64,000 bases of DNA from an uncultured Bacteroidales bacterium. GTDB lineage: Bacteria > Bacteroidota > Bacteroidia > Bacteroidales > CAYTAU01. The notes below the pieces were generated by a model. It saw only the letters and a program-made list of their open reading frames with translations. It was not told the origin of the DNA and ran no database searches. A program made the position numbers and the translations under genes. The stretch lies in contig CAYTAU010000006.1 of NCBI GenBank assembly GCA_964435855.1, forward strand, positions 2,622-66,621, read 5' to 3'. This document shows positions 1-10,932 of the stretch, piece by piece (position 1 is the stretch's first letter; every line of letters begins with the position of its first letter).

Positions 1-1060
1 TGCGATCCTATACGGATTAGTTGTTTCAATTCGTAACAGAATGTTTGATTCAAAAATATTTTCCTCTTACGAGTTTGATATTCCTATTATTACAGTAGGA
101 AATATTAGTGTTGGCGGTACAGGTAAAACACCTCATGTTGAATATTTCGTAAAAACATTAAAAAATGAATTTGATGTTTGTACATTAAGCAGGGGTTATA
201 AAAGAAAATCAAATAAGTTTCAAATAGCTACAAAAAATTCTACTGTAAATGATATTGGTGATGAACCTAAGCAGATAAAACAAAAATTTCCTAAAATTTG
301 TGTTATTGTAGATAAAGACAGAAGAAATGCAATAAACAAGATATTAAACGATGAACAAAACAATGTTAGTGTTGTTATACTTGATGATGCATATCAACAC
401 AGAAAAATAAAACCGGGTCTTTCTGTTTTGCTTATTGATTATAACAGACCTATAACAAAAGATTATTTGTTGCCAGTTGGAAGTTTAAGGGAGCGCTCTT
501 GGAGAAAAAACAGAGCACATTTAATTGTTGTAACTAAAACACCAAAAGATCTTAAGCCAATTGAACGAAGAATAATGGAAACAGAATTGAATATTTTTCC
601 ATATCAATCTTTATTCTTTACTACATTTAAGTATGGAGAAATTATACCTGTATTTAAAAATGATAATATTATTGATATTCCTGTAATTAACAATAATACA
701 ACAATAGTACTTATTACAGGTATTGCAATGCCTGCTACACTTGTTAATTATCTAAAAGCAATTACTGAAAAAATTGAACACATAAAATTTGCAGATCATC
801 ATTATTATAAACAAAAAGATATTAGTATTATTATTGATGCATATGATAAAATTGATGGTAAAAATAAAATAATAATTACTACCGAAAAAGATGCAATGCG
901 AATACAAGATTGTAATTTTATAGATAAATTGAAAAATTTACCTTTATTTTACATTCCAATTGAAGTGGAATTTCTAGATAAATCAAAACAAGAGGATTTT
1001 AATAAAATTGTTAAAAATTATGTTAAAACAAATAAAAGACACGGCAAATTACATATTTAA
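1..1060 (+). CDS. lpxK: tetraacyldisaccharide 4'-kinase LpxK (5' end outside window)
   Basis: The frame is open to the window edge (..AILYGLVVSIRNRMFD..). It has the P-loop GNISVGGTGKTP and the SRGYKRK, GDEP and LDDAYQH motifs typical of LpxK. Confidence 0.8.
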   Translation, partial: AILYGLVVSIRNRMFDSKIFSSYEFDIPIITVGNISVGGTGKTPHVEYFVKTLKNEFDVCTLSRGYKRKSNKFQIATKNSTVNDIGDEPKQIKQKFPKICVIVDKDRRNAINKILNDEQNNVSVVILDDAYQHRKIKPGLSVLLIDYNRPITKDYLLPVGSLRERSWRKNRAHLIVVTKTPKDLKPIERRIMETELNIFPYQSLFFTTFKYGEIIPVFKNDNIIDIPVINNNTTIVLITGIAMPATLVNYLKAITEKIEHIKFADHHYYKQKDISIIIDAYDKIDGKNKIIITTEKDAMRIQDCNFIDKLKNLPLFYIPIEVEFLDKSKQEDFNKIVKNYVKTNKRHGKLHI

Positions 1061-1835
1061 TAAAACCGGTTTTAAACCGGAAATAGGTATTATTTTAGGA
1101 ACAGGACTTGGCGGCCTTGTTAAAGAAATAGCTATTAAACATATATTGCCATACAAAGATATTCCCGATTTTCCTGTTTCAACAGTTGAAGGACATAGCG
1201 GCAAATTAATTTTTGGAGTAATTGGCGATAAAAATGTAGTTGCAATGCAAGGCAGATTCCATTTTTATGAAAGTAATGATATTTTAAAGGTTATATTTCC
1301 TGTTAGGGTAATGAAATATCTTGGCATAAAAAATTTAATTGTTTCAAATGCAAGTGGTGGAGTAAATCCTGATTTTGAAATAGGTGATATAATGATACTA
1401 AATGACCATATTAATTTAATACCAAATCCATTAATTGGAGAACACTATCCTGAATTTGGAGTACGTTTTCCTGACATGAGCGAAACTTACAACAAATTAC
1501 TTATTGCTAAAGCCGAAGAAATAGCTTCTAAACATAATATAAAAATACAAAAAGGAGTTTATACTGCTGTTACAGGACCAACACTTGAAACCCCTTCAGA
1601 ATATAAATATTTCAGAATTATTGGTTCAGATACTGTTGGAATGTCAACAGTGCCTGAAATTATAGCGGCATGGCAAATGGGAATACCTTGTTTTGCTATT
1701 TCAATTATTACCGATTTGGGTGTCCCAGGCAAAATTGTTAAAGTAACCCATGAAGATGTTCAGAAAGTTGCAGAAAAAACAGAACCAAAAATGACCCTTA
1801 TTATAAAAGAACTTATAGCAGGTATTAATAAATAA
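1020..1835 (+). CDS. punA: purine nucleoside phosphorylase (trimeric PNP/PunA family)
   Basis: GIILGTGLG, STVEGHSGKL and VGMSTVPE motifs. I chose the start at MLKQIKD, which overlaps the lpxK 3' end by about 40 nt. Confidence 0.75.
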   Translation: MLKQIKDTANYIFNKTGFKPEIGIILGTGLGGLVKEIAIKHILPYKDIPDFPVSTVEGHSGKLIFGVIGDKNVVAMQGRFHFYESNDILKVIFPVRVMKYLGIKNLIVSNASGGVNPDFEIGDIMILNDHINLIPNPLIGEHYPEFGVRFPDMSETYNKLLIAKAEEIASKHNIKIQKGVYTAVTGPTLETPSEYKYFRIIGSDTVGMSTVPEIIAAWQMGIPCFAISIITDLGVPGKIVKVTHEDVQKVAEKTEPKMTLIIKELIAGINK

Positions 1836-1858
1836 ACTTCCAATATATATCATTGACA

Positions 1859-2569
1859 TTATATCCTATAAACAATATCAGGTTCAACAATGGGAGAGGA
1901 GTTGTTAAGCTGAAACTTTATATAATGTATATTTTGCCCTTTTTCCAAATACTGTAATTCGTAAAATGTTTTTATTGATAGTATTTCATTAAAAATACTT
2001 GACTTATATAAATCGTTAGTGTTTTCTAAAATATTCAATCTGTTTTTTTTAATTATTGCAAGAGTATATTCATACAAAAGTTTATTATCTGTTTTAAGAT
2101 GAATTATACCATTATTTTTAATGATACTCTTATAGGAGTTTAAAAACCTCGAAGATGTTAGTCGCTTTTTTGTTCTATATTTTTTCAATTGAGGGTCGGG
2201 AAATGTTATCCAAATTTCATCAACCTCGTTTTCTGATAAAAACGAATTAATAAACTCAATGCGAGTTCGAATAAATACAAGGTTATTTATATTTTTTTCA
2301 TTAGCTGTTTTAGCTCCCTTCCACATTCTTGCTCCTTTAATATCAATGCCAATAAAATTTTTATCAGAAGACATTTGTGCCAGACCAACAGTATATTCCC
2401 CTTTACCACAACCAAGTTCAAGTATAATTGGATTATTATTTTTGAAGTGTAATGAATTCCATTTACCCTTTAATTTGAAATTCTTATTTAATATTTCATC
2501 ATACTTGGGTTGAAAAACATTATTGAAAGTTTCTACTTCTTTAAATCGTTTAAGCTTTTTTTTCCCCAT
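1859..2569 (-). CDS. trmB: tRNA (guanine46-N7)-methyltransferase
   Basis: SAM-binding motif ILELGCGKGEY and the FPDPQLKK motif; 236 aa. Confidence 0.8.
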   Translation of the reverse strand: MGKKKLKRFKEVETFNNVFQPKYDEILNKNFKLKGKWNSLHFKNNNPIILELGCGKGEYTVGLAQMSSDKNFIGIDIKGARMWKGAKTANEKNINNLVFIRTRIEFINSFLSENEVDEIWITFPDPQLKKYRTKKRLTSSRFLNSYKSIIKNNGIIHLKTDNKLLYEYTLAIIKKNRLNILENTNDLYKSSIFNEILSIKTFYELQYLEKGQNIHYIKFQLNNSSPIVEPDIVYRI

Positions 2570-2617
2570 TATTTGTTATTATTCAGCGAAATACCTCGTG
2601 TGTTTTAAAAGATCAAA

Positions 2618-3088
2618 TCAATTTGCAGTTTCAATTCGTATTCCAATATCGCTTATGTGTTCCAATTCTTCGGTTCGCATAGCTTGTTCAAGCTCAAAAG
2701 TATAAATTCCTGTGTCGGGAAAGTAAATAAAATTTTTATATAATATCTGATGACTAAAAATATCCCCAATACCACTTCCATACCATTTACCATGTTCATC
2801 AGCTAAAAAAAGTTCAACAGTATCTTTTACAGAATTACCATTTGGTGATGATATAGTTACAAACAAGTAAAGATTACTGCTTTTGTAATTCCCCTCGTTG
2901 CGTACATTTATAATAACATTATGTGGAGACTTTGTATCTGTTATTCTAACATCAAATTTTGCATTATCAAACCTGCTCCATGTACTCTTTTTTAATGACT
3001 TATATTCCTCAAATACTCTGTTTGTATCACAAGAATTCAGAAAAAATATAATAATTAGAAAAAAAAGAATTTTTAAAAATGATTTCAT
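2618..3088 (-). CDS. gldH: GldH-like gliding/T9SS-associated lipoprotein
   Basis: 156-aa protein with a signal peptide and lipobox (FLNSC). Its size and sequence pattern (NLYLFV...ELFLADEHGKWYGSG) match my memory of GldH. It lies directly downstream of the PSP1 gene. Confidence 0.6.
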   Translation of the reverse strand: MKSFLKILFFLIIIFFLNSCDTNRVFEEYKSLKKSTWSRFDNAKFDVRITDTKSPHNVIINVRNEGNYKSSNLYLFVTISSPNGNSVKDTVELFLADEHGKWYGSGIGDIFSHQILYKNFIYFPDTGIYTFELEQAMRTEELEHISDIGIRIETAN

Positions 3089-3091
3089 TTA

Positions 3092-4222
3092 TTATCTCCT
3101 TCTGTTTTTGTTTTTTCTCTTTTTAGATTTATACTTATCGTCAAATCGAGTAAGACTATCTTGACCAATAACACTATTATAATCTAGTGTTTTACCTTCG
3201 GTTACTTCAATAATATCATTAAGTTCTTCAATTTTAACACCTGTTTTGTTAAGATTAATTATTTCTTCAACTCTTTCAATTGGTACAGGGATTAAACCTG
3301 TAGATGACTCGTTATCGAAAGAATACCACATTATACCTTTATAAACATCTGTTTTAACATGGTATGCTCTTCCTTTTTCAGTTTCTAATTTTATATCTTT
3401 ATCAGGAAAATCTTTTTGTGCATCAATGTAACTATCAAGTTCGTAATTCAAACAACATTTTAATTTACTGCACTGTCCCGCTAATTTCAGAGGATTTAAA
3501 GAAAGCTCCTGATGCCTTGCCGAGTTTGTAACAACCGAAACAAAATTAGTCATCCATGTAGCACAACAAAGTTCCCTGCCACAACTACCAATTCCGCCTA
3601 TTCGCCCCGCTTCCTGTCTGGCTCCAATTTGTTTCATTTCAATTCTTACCTTAAATTCTTCGGCAAGTAATTTTATTAATTCTCTAAAGTCAACCCTTTC
3701 ATTAGCAATGTAATAAAAAATAGCCTTGGTTTTATCTCCTTGATATTCAACATCACCAATTTTCATTTCTAAATTAAGATCTTGAGTAATTTGTCTTGAC
3801 CTTAACATTGTTTTATTTTCAAGATCCATTGCCTGAACCCATTTTTCAATATCGTTTTGTTTTGCTTTTCTATATATTTTTTTTAGTTCATCTAAATTAA
3901 CATTGTTATTATTTTTTCGTATTTGCTCTAAAACAAGTTCGCCTGTTAATGAAACAATACCAATATCATGTCCTGGAGAAGCTTCAACAGCAACAATATC
4001 GCCAGGTTTAAGTTTAATGCTATTTACGTTTCTGAAAAATAATTTTCTTGTATTTTTAAATCTTATTTCAATAATATCTGTTGCATTTATTGATGCAGGA
4101 GCATCATGCAACCAATTATGTACATTAAGCTTATTCCAACTATTAGAAACAGTTTGTGAATTATTATTTTCTTCAATCTGAGGTGAAGGACAGCCTCTTG
4201 TCGTACAACTGCTACGGTCCAT
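3092..4222 (-). CDS. PSP1 C-terminal domain protein (RicT/YaaT-like)
   Basis: Cys-rich core GSCGRELCCATWM...GQCSKLKCCLNYE, typical of the PSP1/YaaT family. The exact start is uncertain. Confidence 0.75.
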   Translation of the reverse strand: MDRSSCTTRGCPSPQIEENNNSQTVSNSWNKLNVHNWLHDAPASINATDIIEIRFKNTRKLFFRNVNSIKLKPGDIVAVEASPGHDIGIVSLTGELVLEQIRKNNNNVNLDELKKIYRKAKQNDIEKWVQAMDLENKTMLRSRQITQDLNLEMKIGDVEYQGDKTKAIFYYIANERVDFRELIKLLAEEFKVRIEMKQIGARQEAGRIGGIGSCGRELCCATWMTNFVSVVTNSARHQELSLNPLKLAGQCSKLKCCLNYELDSYIDAQKDFPDKDIKLETEKGRAYHVKTDVYKGIMWYSFDNESSTGLIPVPIERVEEIINLNKTGVKIEELNDIIEVTEGKTLDYNSVIGQDSLTRFDDKYKSKKRKNKNRRR

Positions 4223-4341
4223 TATATATTGTTTTTATTATTTTCGAATTACAAATTTAATTATTTTACTGATGTTTTTTCATATTTACTACTTTCATTT
4301 TTTTAATTGTTTTAATTTTGCTTGAATTTAAATTTATAGAT

Positions 4342-5154
4342 ATGAGTAAAAAAGTTGTTATAATTACAGGTGCATCCTCTGGAATTGGATTAGCATTGGC
4401 AAGAGAATACGCAGAAAGAAATTTTAATATAGTTGCTGCTGCAAGAAGAATTGATAAACTAAATAATTTAAAAGAAGAACTTGCTCAAAAAAATATTGAA
4501 GTGTTAACGGTTCAAACTGATGTTTCAAAAGAAGATGATTGTAAAAATCTCATAATCAAAAGTAAAGAACATTTTGGCAAAATTGATGTATTGATAAACA
4601 ATGCAGGAATTTCTATGAGAGCGTTATTTGACCAAGTTGATATTGATGTTCTTAAAAGATTAATGGATGTGAATTTTTGGGGAACTGTATATTGTTCAAA
4701 GTATGCATTACCGCACCTATTAGAAGCAAAAGGCTCATTGGTTGGTGTAATTTCAATTGTTGGTCATGTCGGATTACCGGGCAGAACAGGTTATGCTGCT
4801 TCAAAATTTGCAATTAGAGGTTTCTTGGATACTATTCGTATCGAAAATCTTAAAAAAGGATTGCATGTTTTGGTTGCTGCACCGGGATTTACTGCTTCTG
4901 AAGTTCGCGAAGTTGCATTAACAGAAGATGGCTCACAACAAGGAAAAACACCTCGTGCCGAAGAAAAAATGATGACAGCAGAAGTATGTGCTCTTAAAAT
5001 TGCAAAAGCTGTTGAAAAACGAAAAGGACAATTAATACTTACTTTTATGGAAGGGAAATTAGTAGTGTTTCTAAATAAATGGTTTCCGCGATTTATGGAT
5101 AAAATGATATATAACAGTATGGCAAAAGAGGATGATTCGCCTTTAAAAAAGTAA
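4342..5154 (+). CDS. short-chain dehydrogenase/reductase (SDR)
   Basis: TGASSGIG cofactor motif, NNAG, and a Y..ASK catalytic motif (YAASK). Start chosen at MSKKVVIITG. Confidence 0.8.
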   Translation: MSKKVVIITGASSGIGLALAREYAERNFNIVAAARRIDKLNNLKEELAQKNIEVLTVQTDVSKEDDCKNLIIKSKEHFGKIDVLINNAGISMRALFDQVDIDVLKRLMDVNFWGTVYCSKYALPHLLEAKGSLVGVISIVGHVGLPGRTGYAASKFAIRGFLDTIRIENLKKGLHVLVAAPGFTASEVREVALTEDGSQQGKTPRAEEKMMTAEVCALKIAKAVEKRKGQLILTFMEGKLVVFLNKWFPRFMDKMIYNSMAKEDDSPLKK

Positions 5155-5157
5155 AAA

Positions 5158-5565
5158 ATGATGATATCAGACCAATCAAAGATAAGGATCACATATGGTG
5201 ATACAGATAAAATGGGAGTAGTTTATTATGGAAATTATCCAAAATACTATGAAATTGGCAGAACAGAATTGATGCGAAAAATTGGATTTTCGTACGATAG
5301 AATTGAAAAAGAAGGTGTAATAATGCCGGTTGTAAAGTTAGAAGCTGAATATTTTAAATCCGCTTATTATGATGATTTAATTACAGTGAATACTATTGTA
5401 AAAGAAATGCCAAAAGCTATAATAAGATTTTATTACGAAATCTATAATGATAAAAATGAGCTGATTAATAAAGGTTATACCGACTTGAGTTTTGTTAAAA
5501 AAGAAAATCTTAAACCTTGCAGACCTCCAGCTAACTTATACAATGCTTTAAAAGAATATTTTTAA
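5158..5565 (+). CDS. acyl-CoA thioesterase, YbgC/4HBT hot-dog family
   Basis: 135 aa with YGDTDKMGVVYYGNY near the N-terminus, typical of 4HBT/YbgC thioesterases. Confidence 0.7.
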   Translation: MMISDQSKIRITYGDTDKMGVVYYGNYPKYYEIGRTELMRKIGFSYDRIEKEGVIMPVVKLEAEYFKSAYYDDLITVNTIVKEMPKAIIRFYYEIYNDKNELINKGYTDLSFVKKENLKPCRPPANLYNALKEYF

Positions 5566-5614
5566 TAATACAATATCTTAATTTTTTACGTTTAGCTTCG
5601 TATACTTGAAATTG

Positions 5615-7981
5615 ATGAAAAGATATTTTTTACATATTATTTTAATTTTTTCTTGCTTAAGTGTTTTTTCACAAAAATACACAATAAGTGGCTATGTAGA
5701 AGATTTTGAAACAGGAGAAAAACTCATTAGTGCCGGAGTCTTCGACGCAAATACCTTAAAAGGAACAATTACAAATAATTATGGTTTTTTTAGTATAACA
5801 TTACCCAAAGGGGAAATAAAGTTTACTGTCTCTTATGTAGGTTATTCAAGTTTTAGTAAAACAATAGATTTAAATAAAGATATTGAATTAAATATTGCCA
5901 TTGAACCTTCTATTACTTTAGCAGAGGTTGTTGTTACCGATTCAAAATCGAAAAATAAAGTAGAAAGCACACAGATTAGCGCAATTGAAATTCCAATAAA
6001 GGATATTCAGAAACTACCTGTTCTATTGGGAGAAGTTGATATCTTAAAAACAATTCAGTTGCTTCCCGGAGTTCAGTCAGGTAGTGAGGGAACAAGTGGT
6101 TTGTATGTTAGGGGTGGAGGACCAGACCAAAATTTAATACTGTTAGATGGTGTTCCTGTTTACAATGCCGACCATCTTTTTGGTTTCTTTTCAGTTTTCA
6201 ATGCTGATGCAATATCTAATGTCAAACTTATAAAAGGTGGTTTTCCCGCAAGGTATGGAGGTAGACTTTCTTCTGTAATTGATATTAGAATGAAAGAAGG
6301 CAGCAATAAAAAATTTAAAGCTGATGGCTCAATTGGCTTAATTTCCTCAAAACTTAGTATTGAAGGCCCAATTCAAAAAGATAAAACTTCATTTATTGTA
6401 TCCGGCAGAAGAACCTATATTGATGTACTTACACAACCTTTTATAAGAATGGCTGCACGAGGAGAAAAGATAAATGCAGGATATTACTTCTACGACCTTA
6501 ATGCTAAAATTAATCACAAATTTTCTGATAAAAGCAGATTGTTTTTGTCGGCATATATGGGAAATGACAGGGCATATACTAAAATGAAGTACGACTATAT
6601 TTATAATAATATAAAATACGAAGAAAGTACCGTGGCAGATCTTGAGTGGGGAAATATCACAACAGCACTTCGTTGGAACTATAAGCTAAATAAAAAGCTT
6701 TTCAGTAATACAACTTTAACTTATAGCAAGTATCGATTTGGTGTTGGTCAAGAACTTGAAGAAAAAAGAACCGGACCAAACATTGATGAGATAACAAACT
6801 TTGCTTTTGTTTACAATTCGGGAATTGAAGATTTCACAGCTCGAATTGACTATGATTATATTCCAAACACAAATCATTTTGTACGTTTCGGCGTAAGCAA
6901 TATTTATCACATATTTAATCCGGGTATAACCACATTTGAGTTTTCTACTACTGCTGATGCAAATATAGACACCTCATATGGAAATACTAAAATCTATGCA
7001 AATGAAGCAAGTGCCTATATTGAAGATGACATAAGAATTGGTGCAAACTTTAAAACTAATATAGGTTTACATTTTTCCAACTTTTTTGTAAAAGATAAAA
7101 ATTACCCTTCAATACAACCTCGCATTTCTGCCAGATATATGATAAACGAATTCTTTTCTGTAAAAGCAGCATACTCGCAAATGAATCAATACATACATTT
7201 GCTTACAACATCGCGCATAGGTTTGCCGACAGATTTATGGTTGCCGGTAACTGATAGTATTGAGCCAATGCGTTCCGACCAGTTTGCAATAGGCGGAGTT
7301 TATGCATTAAGTACAAATACCGATATCAGCATAGAAGGTTTTTACAAAACAATGGACAATCTTATTGAATATAAAGAAGGTGCTAGTTTTTTTAAAAACA
7401 ATACTGAATGGGAGAATAAAGTGGAAATGGGTAAGGGATGGTCTTACGGTGTGGAAGTGCTTTTACAAAAGAGTGTTGGCAAAACCAGCGGATGGATAGG
7501 ATATACACTTTCTTGGTCGAAACGCCAATTCGAAAATATCAATTTTGGCGAGATTTATCCTTATAAGTACGACAGGCGTCACGATATATCAATAGCCATT
7601 ACTCATAAAATTAATGATGAAATAGATATTTCGGGTGTTTGGGTTTATGGCACAGGTAATGCAGTTACGCTTGGATTGGAAAAGTATATAACCGTTAATG
7701 ATATTTCTAATTTGAATTTGAATTCGTATCAAACTGTTGAACATCTCGAGAGCAGAAATAATTATCGTATGCCGGCATATCACAGACTGGATATTGGTGT
7801 AAATTTCCATAAAGAAAAGAAATGGGGAAAGAGAACATGGAGTGTAGGAGTTTATAATCTGTATAACAGAAAAAATCCTTTCTATCTTTATTTTGGCTAT
7901 GATGATGGTGGAAATATGGGGCTTTACCAAATAAGTTTATTCCCAATAATACCATCAATAAAATATAGCTTTAAATTCTAA
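5615..7981 (+). CDS. TonB-dependent receptor with N-terminal carboxypeptidase-regulatory-like domain
   Basis: Signal peptide, a CarbopepD_reg-like ISGYVEDFETGEKL segment, a plug region (GGPDQNLILLDGVPVYN), a long beta-barrel and a terminal aromatic residue (..KYSFKF). Confidence 0.8.
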   Translation: MKRYFLHIILIFSCLSVFSQKYTISGYVEDFETGEKLISAGVFDANTLKGTITNNYGFFSITLPKGEIKFTVSYVGYSSFSKTIDLNKDIELNIAIEPSITLAEVVVTDSKSKNKVESTQISAIEIPIKDIQKLPVLLGEVDILKTIQLLPGVQSGSEGTSGLYVRGGGPDQNLILLDGVPVYNADHLFGFFSVFNADAISNVKLIKGGFPARYGGRLSSVIDIRMKEGSNKKFKADGSIGLISSKLSIEGPIQKDKTSFIVSGRRTYIDVLTQPFIRMAARGEKINAGYYFYDLNAKINHKFSDKSRLFLSAYMGNDRAYTKMKYDYIYNNIKYEESTVADLEWGNITTALRWNYKLNKKLFSNTTLTYSKYRFGVGQELEEKRTGPNIDEITNFAFVYNSGIEDFTARIDYDYIPNTNHFVRFGVSNIYHIFNPGITTFEFSTTADANIDTSYGNTKIYANEASAYIEDDIRIGANFKTNIGLHFSNFFVKDKNYPSIQPRISARYMINEFFSVKAAYSQMNQYIHLLTTSRIGLPTDLWLPVTDSIEPMRSDQFAIGGVYALSTNTDISIEGFYKTMDNLIEYKEGASFFKNNTEWENKVEMGKGWSYGVEVLLQKSVGKTSGWIGYTLSWSKRQFENINFGEIYPYKYDRRHDISIAITHKINDEIDISGVWVYGTGNAVTLGLEKYITVNDISNLNLNSYQTVEHLESRNNYRMPAYHRLDIGVNFHKEKKWGKRTWSVGVYNLYNRKNPFYLYFGYDDGGNMGLYQISLFPIIPSIKYSFKF

Positions 7982-7986
7982 GTATT

Positions 7987-8910
7987 ATGAATTTTAAAAA
8001 TAAAATATCGCTGGTGCTAATTCTTTTTGTAATAATAGTTTCATCATGTATAAAGGAAATTGATGTAAATCTAGAAGACAGTTACAGAAAAATAGTAGTA
8101 AATTCTATGTTCTCTGCCGATAGTATCTTAACTGTAAATATCAGCAAAAGTCTTAATGTTTTAGATAATGCAGATGTAATATTTATAAAAAATGCTGTTG
8201 TTAAGATATATGAAAATGATGAGTATGTTGAAACATTAGTTTATCAGGCTAATGGCAATTATACTACAGTTTCGTTTGTACCGGTTTACGGAAAAAACTA
8301 TAAACTTACGGTAAGTGCTCCCGACCTTGATGATGTTGAAAGTACAAACCAGTTGCCTACACCTGTTGCTATAAGCGGAATAGATACAATGCTTATAAAT
8401 AAAGAAGGAAAAGAACTAATAAAATGTATAATATCTATTGACGATCCCGCCAATGTACAAAACTATTATTATTTACAGGTTTTTTCTAATAAACAGGACT
8501 ATGACTACTTTTACGATATGGAATCAAGTATCCAAAATTCGGCATTATATATTGATAGCGACGATCCTGTTATTGAAGAATGGGTAAACTGGGACCAAGG
8601 TGCAATTTTCTCAGACAATATCTTTAACGGTACAAATTACAAGTTAAATATAGAAATCAATAAATGGGATGTTACAAGTTATGATTCTACTGCTACAATT
8701 TTATATTATCATTTAAACTCTATAAGTTACGAATATTATCTGTACACTCTTTCATTGGCAAAATATCAACGTACTAATGGCGACCCTTTTGCCGAACCTG
8801 TAAGAGTTTATTCTAATATTACTAATGGACTTGGCATTTTTGCAGGCTACTCTTCGTATGTTTATCCTATTGATTTTATTGGATATATAGATTATTATTA
8901 TGAATGGTAA
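7987..8910 (+). CDS. DUF4249-like lipoprotein (partner of TonB receptor)
   Basis: Lipobox VSSC and the C-terminal ITNGLGIFAGYS motif that I associate with DUF4249. It starts 5 nt after the receptor gene. Confidence 0.55.
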   Translation: MNFKNKISLVLILFVIIVSSCIKEIDVNLEDSYRKIVVNSMFSADSILTVNISKSLNVLDNADVIFIKNAVVKIYENDEYVETLVYQANGNYTTVSFVPVYGKNYKLTVSAPDLDDVESTNQLPTPVAISGIDTMLINKEGKELIKCIISIDDPANVQNYYYLQVFSNKQDYDYFYDMESSIQNSALYIDSDDPVIEEWVNWDQGAIFSDNIFNGTNYKLNIEINKWDVTSYDSTATILYYHLNSISYEYYLYTLSLAKYQRTNGDPFAEPVRVYSNITNGLGIFAGYSSYVYPIDFIGYIDYYYEW

Positions 8911-8916
8911 ACTTCC

Positions 8917-10485
8917 ATGAATAAGATTAAAGAAATAACAAAAAACACTATTACAAAAAGAGCCATTCAGATATTATTGGTATTGATCTCAATTTATATT
9001 CTGTTAATTGTTAGAGGTGGCTATGAATATGGACGTAATGACAGTATGCAGTTATCTTATTCGGTATTTTTGCACGATAATACTTTATACCCAAACGACC
9101 TTTATATTCAGGAAATAAGCAAAACCATTCCAAACGAAAGATATTTTTTTAGTTCACTGCTAAGTTTTTTCGGCAACTTAAAATACATAACACTAATTGG
9201 GCATTTTATTATGTCATTACTTTTATTTTTTGCAGTAGATAAAATTACATCTTTATATATAAAAAAGATAGAAGGCTTTAAATGGCTTGTACAAATATTT
9301 CTGTTTATTATTTTGTATGATATCAATATGGGGGGGAATGAATTATATTACAACAACTTTTTTGTAAGTCTAATATCTAAAACAATAGGCTTGTGGGCAG
9401 TTTACTATATTTTAAAAAACAAATATTTATTAGCATTTGTTCTGATATCGCTTTCTACATTTTTTCATCCAATAGTAGGAGTACAGTTGTTTATTATTTT
9501 TTCTGTAATAATATTAGTCGATATACTTGTAAAGCAAAATTATAAGTCTGTCAAACAATTTGTATTTCCTGTTTTGTTTTATCTCTTAACTGCCGGAGTT
9601 TGGCTTGTATGGCTAAAGTTTAATTTTGCCGATAAACAATTAAATAACAATGAGGAATTTTTTAATATATTTTTCAAATTTCGAAATTCGCATCATTATA
9701 TGCCATCCTATTTTCCTTTAAAAAGTTATTTGATCCTTATACCATTAAACATTTTCGGACTTATATATTTTTACAAAAAAGAAATAAAACTTTTCATATT
9801 TTATATAACAGTTATCATAATCTCATTAATTTTTACAATTGGCGTAGAAGTTTTTCATTCTGTTGAAATAGCCTCATTTCAATGGTTTAAATCAACAATA
9901 TGGTTGAAACTATTTAGCATAATTGCTGTTTTTGCATTTGTTGAAAAATATTTTTTATTTCTTACAAAAAGAATTTTCGTTAATATTTACAAAGGTTTAT
10001 TCTTTGCATTATCAGCTATTTGTTTGTCATTGATTTTATTCAATACAGAGATGTTACCTTTTAATGTATGTTTTGATTTTGGTAAGCAATTGCAAAACGA
10101 CAAAGCTGTTGCTATTTCATTAGATGCAAAAAAGCTTACCAATAAAGATGCTCTTTTTGTTCAGCCATTAAGATTTACGGAACTAAAATTTTATGCACAA
10201 CGCAGTTCTTTTGTAGATTATAAAACACCGGTACACCGAAAAGCTGCTTTAAACAAATGGTACAACAGAGTAGAACTGCTCTACAATTTAGATTATAAGG
10301 CGTACAACAAAACATATAATATTGATTCTATTGCAAACAAATATTATATTTCCTTAAATGAAGAATTTTTTAAGGATTTAGCTAAGAAAAACCAAATAAG
10401 CCACATTCTGACTTTCAAAGAACATAAGCTGGATTTCAAAATTATTTCCGAAAATGAATTGTATAGGATTTATGAGATTGATTAA
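8917..10485 (+). CDS. polytopic integral membrane protein, unknown function
   Basis: 522 aa with about 10-12 hydrophobic segments and a soluble C-terminal third. It is tightly coupled to the upstream genes. I recognised no diagnostic motif. Confidence 0.5.
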   Translation: MNKIKEITKNTITKRAIQILLVLISIYILLIVRGGYEYGRNDSMQLSYSVFLHDNTLYPNDLYIQEISKTIPNERYFFSSLLSFFGNLKYITLIGHFIMSLLLFFAVDKITSLYIKKIEGFKWLVQIFLFIILYDINMGGNELYYNNFFVSLISKTIGLWAVYYILKNKYLLAFVLISLSTFFHPIVGVQLFIIFSVIILVDILVKQNYKSVKQFVFPVLFYLLTAGVWLVWLKFNFADKQLNNNEEFFNIFFKFRNSHHYMPSYFPLKSYLILIPLNIFGLIYFYKKEIKLFIFYITVIIISLIFTIGVEVFHSVEIASFQWFKSTIWLKLFSIIAVFAFVEKYFLFLTKRIFVNIYKGLFFALSAICLSLILFNTEMLPFNVCFDFGKQLQNDKAVAISLDAKKLTNKDALFVQPLRFTELKFYAQRSSFVDYKTPVHRKAALNKWYNRVELLYNLDYKAYNKTYNIDSIANKYYISLNEEFFKDLAKKNQISHILTFKEHKLDFKIISENELYRIYEID

Positions 10486-10768
10486 AAGCAAAAGTCCATC
10501 TTCTTCTGACTATTAATACATTAAAACAAAAATGTTATTAAGAATCTATTGTGAATAAACATTCTTAGGTTTAAGCACATGCGATTTCTCGGGAGGAGAT
10601 TAAAGAAGGGTCAATACAAGAAATACCTTAATATAATAATTTGTCCTTATTACCCCATTTTCTTAAAAAAACTACCAAGGTTTTACAAAGGTTTCACAAT
10701 TTAAAACATTGGAATTTATTTGTAATTTGTGATTTTTTATAATACTTAAATTTTTAGATTAGCACTTG

Positions 10769-10825
10769 AAATAAACCGTTTTAGTTACTGAACTTGTCGA
10801 AGCATAAAGCGGTTTATTTTTTTTT
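10769..10825 (+). terminator. orphan intrinsic-terminator-like hairpin followed by a T9 run
   Basis: aaataaaccg(tttta)...(cataaag)cggtttattt forms a stem of about 15 bp including one G-U pair, followed by ttttttttt. It lies 285 nt after the nearest upstream stop codon. Confidence 0.45.
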
Positions 10826-10932
10826 GTCGTTTGTATATATTTTAAGAAAAATTTATTATAGATTTGTCCGATAATTAAATATAATATTATCTGTATACTT
10901 AAACATTTAATATACGTTTACTGTCGGCTCTG

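Noticed and set aside
1008-1019. Upstream ATG (MLKI) as the start of the PNP gene
   Set aside because: Alignment by eye to PunA-type N-termini fits MLKQIKDTANYI.. better. Either start overlaps lpxK and the difference is only 4 codons.
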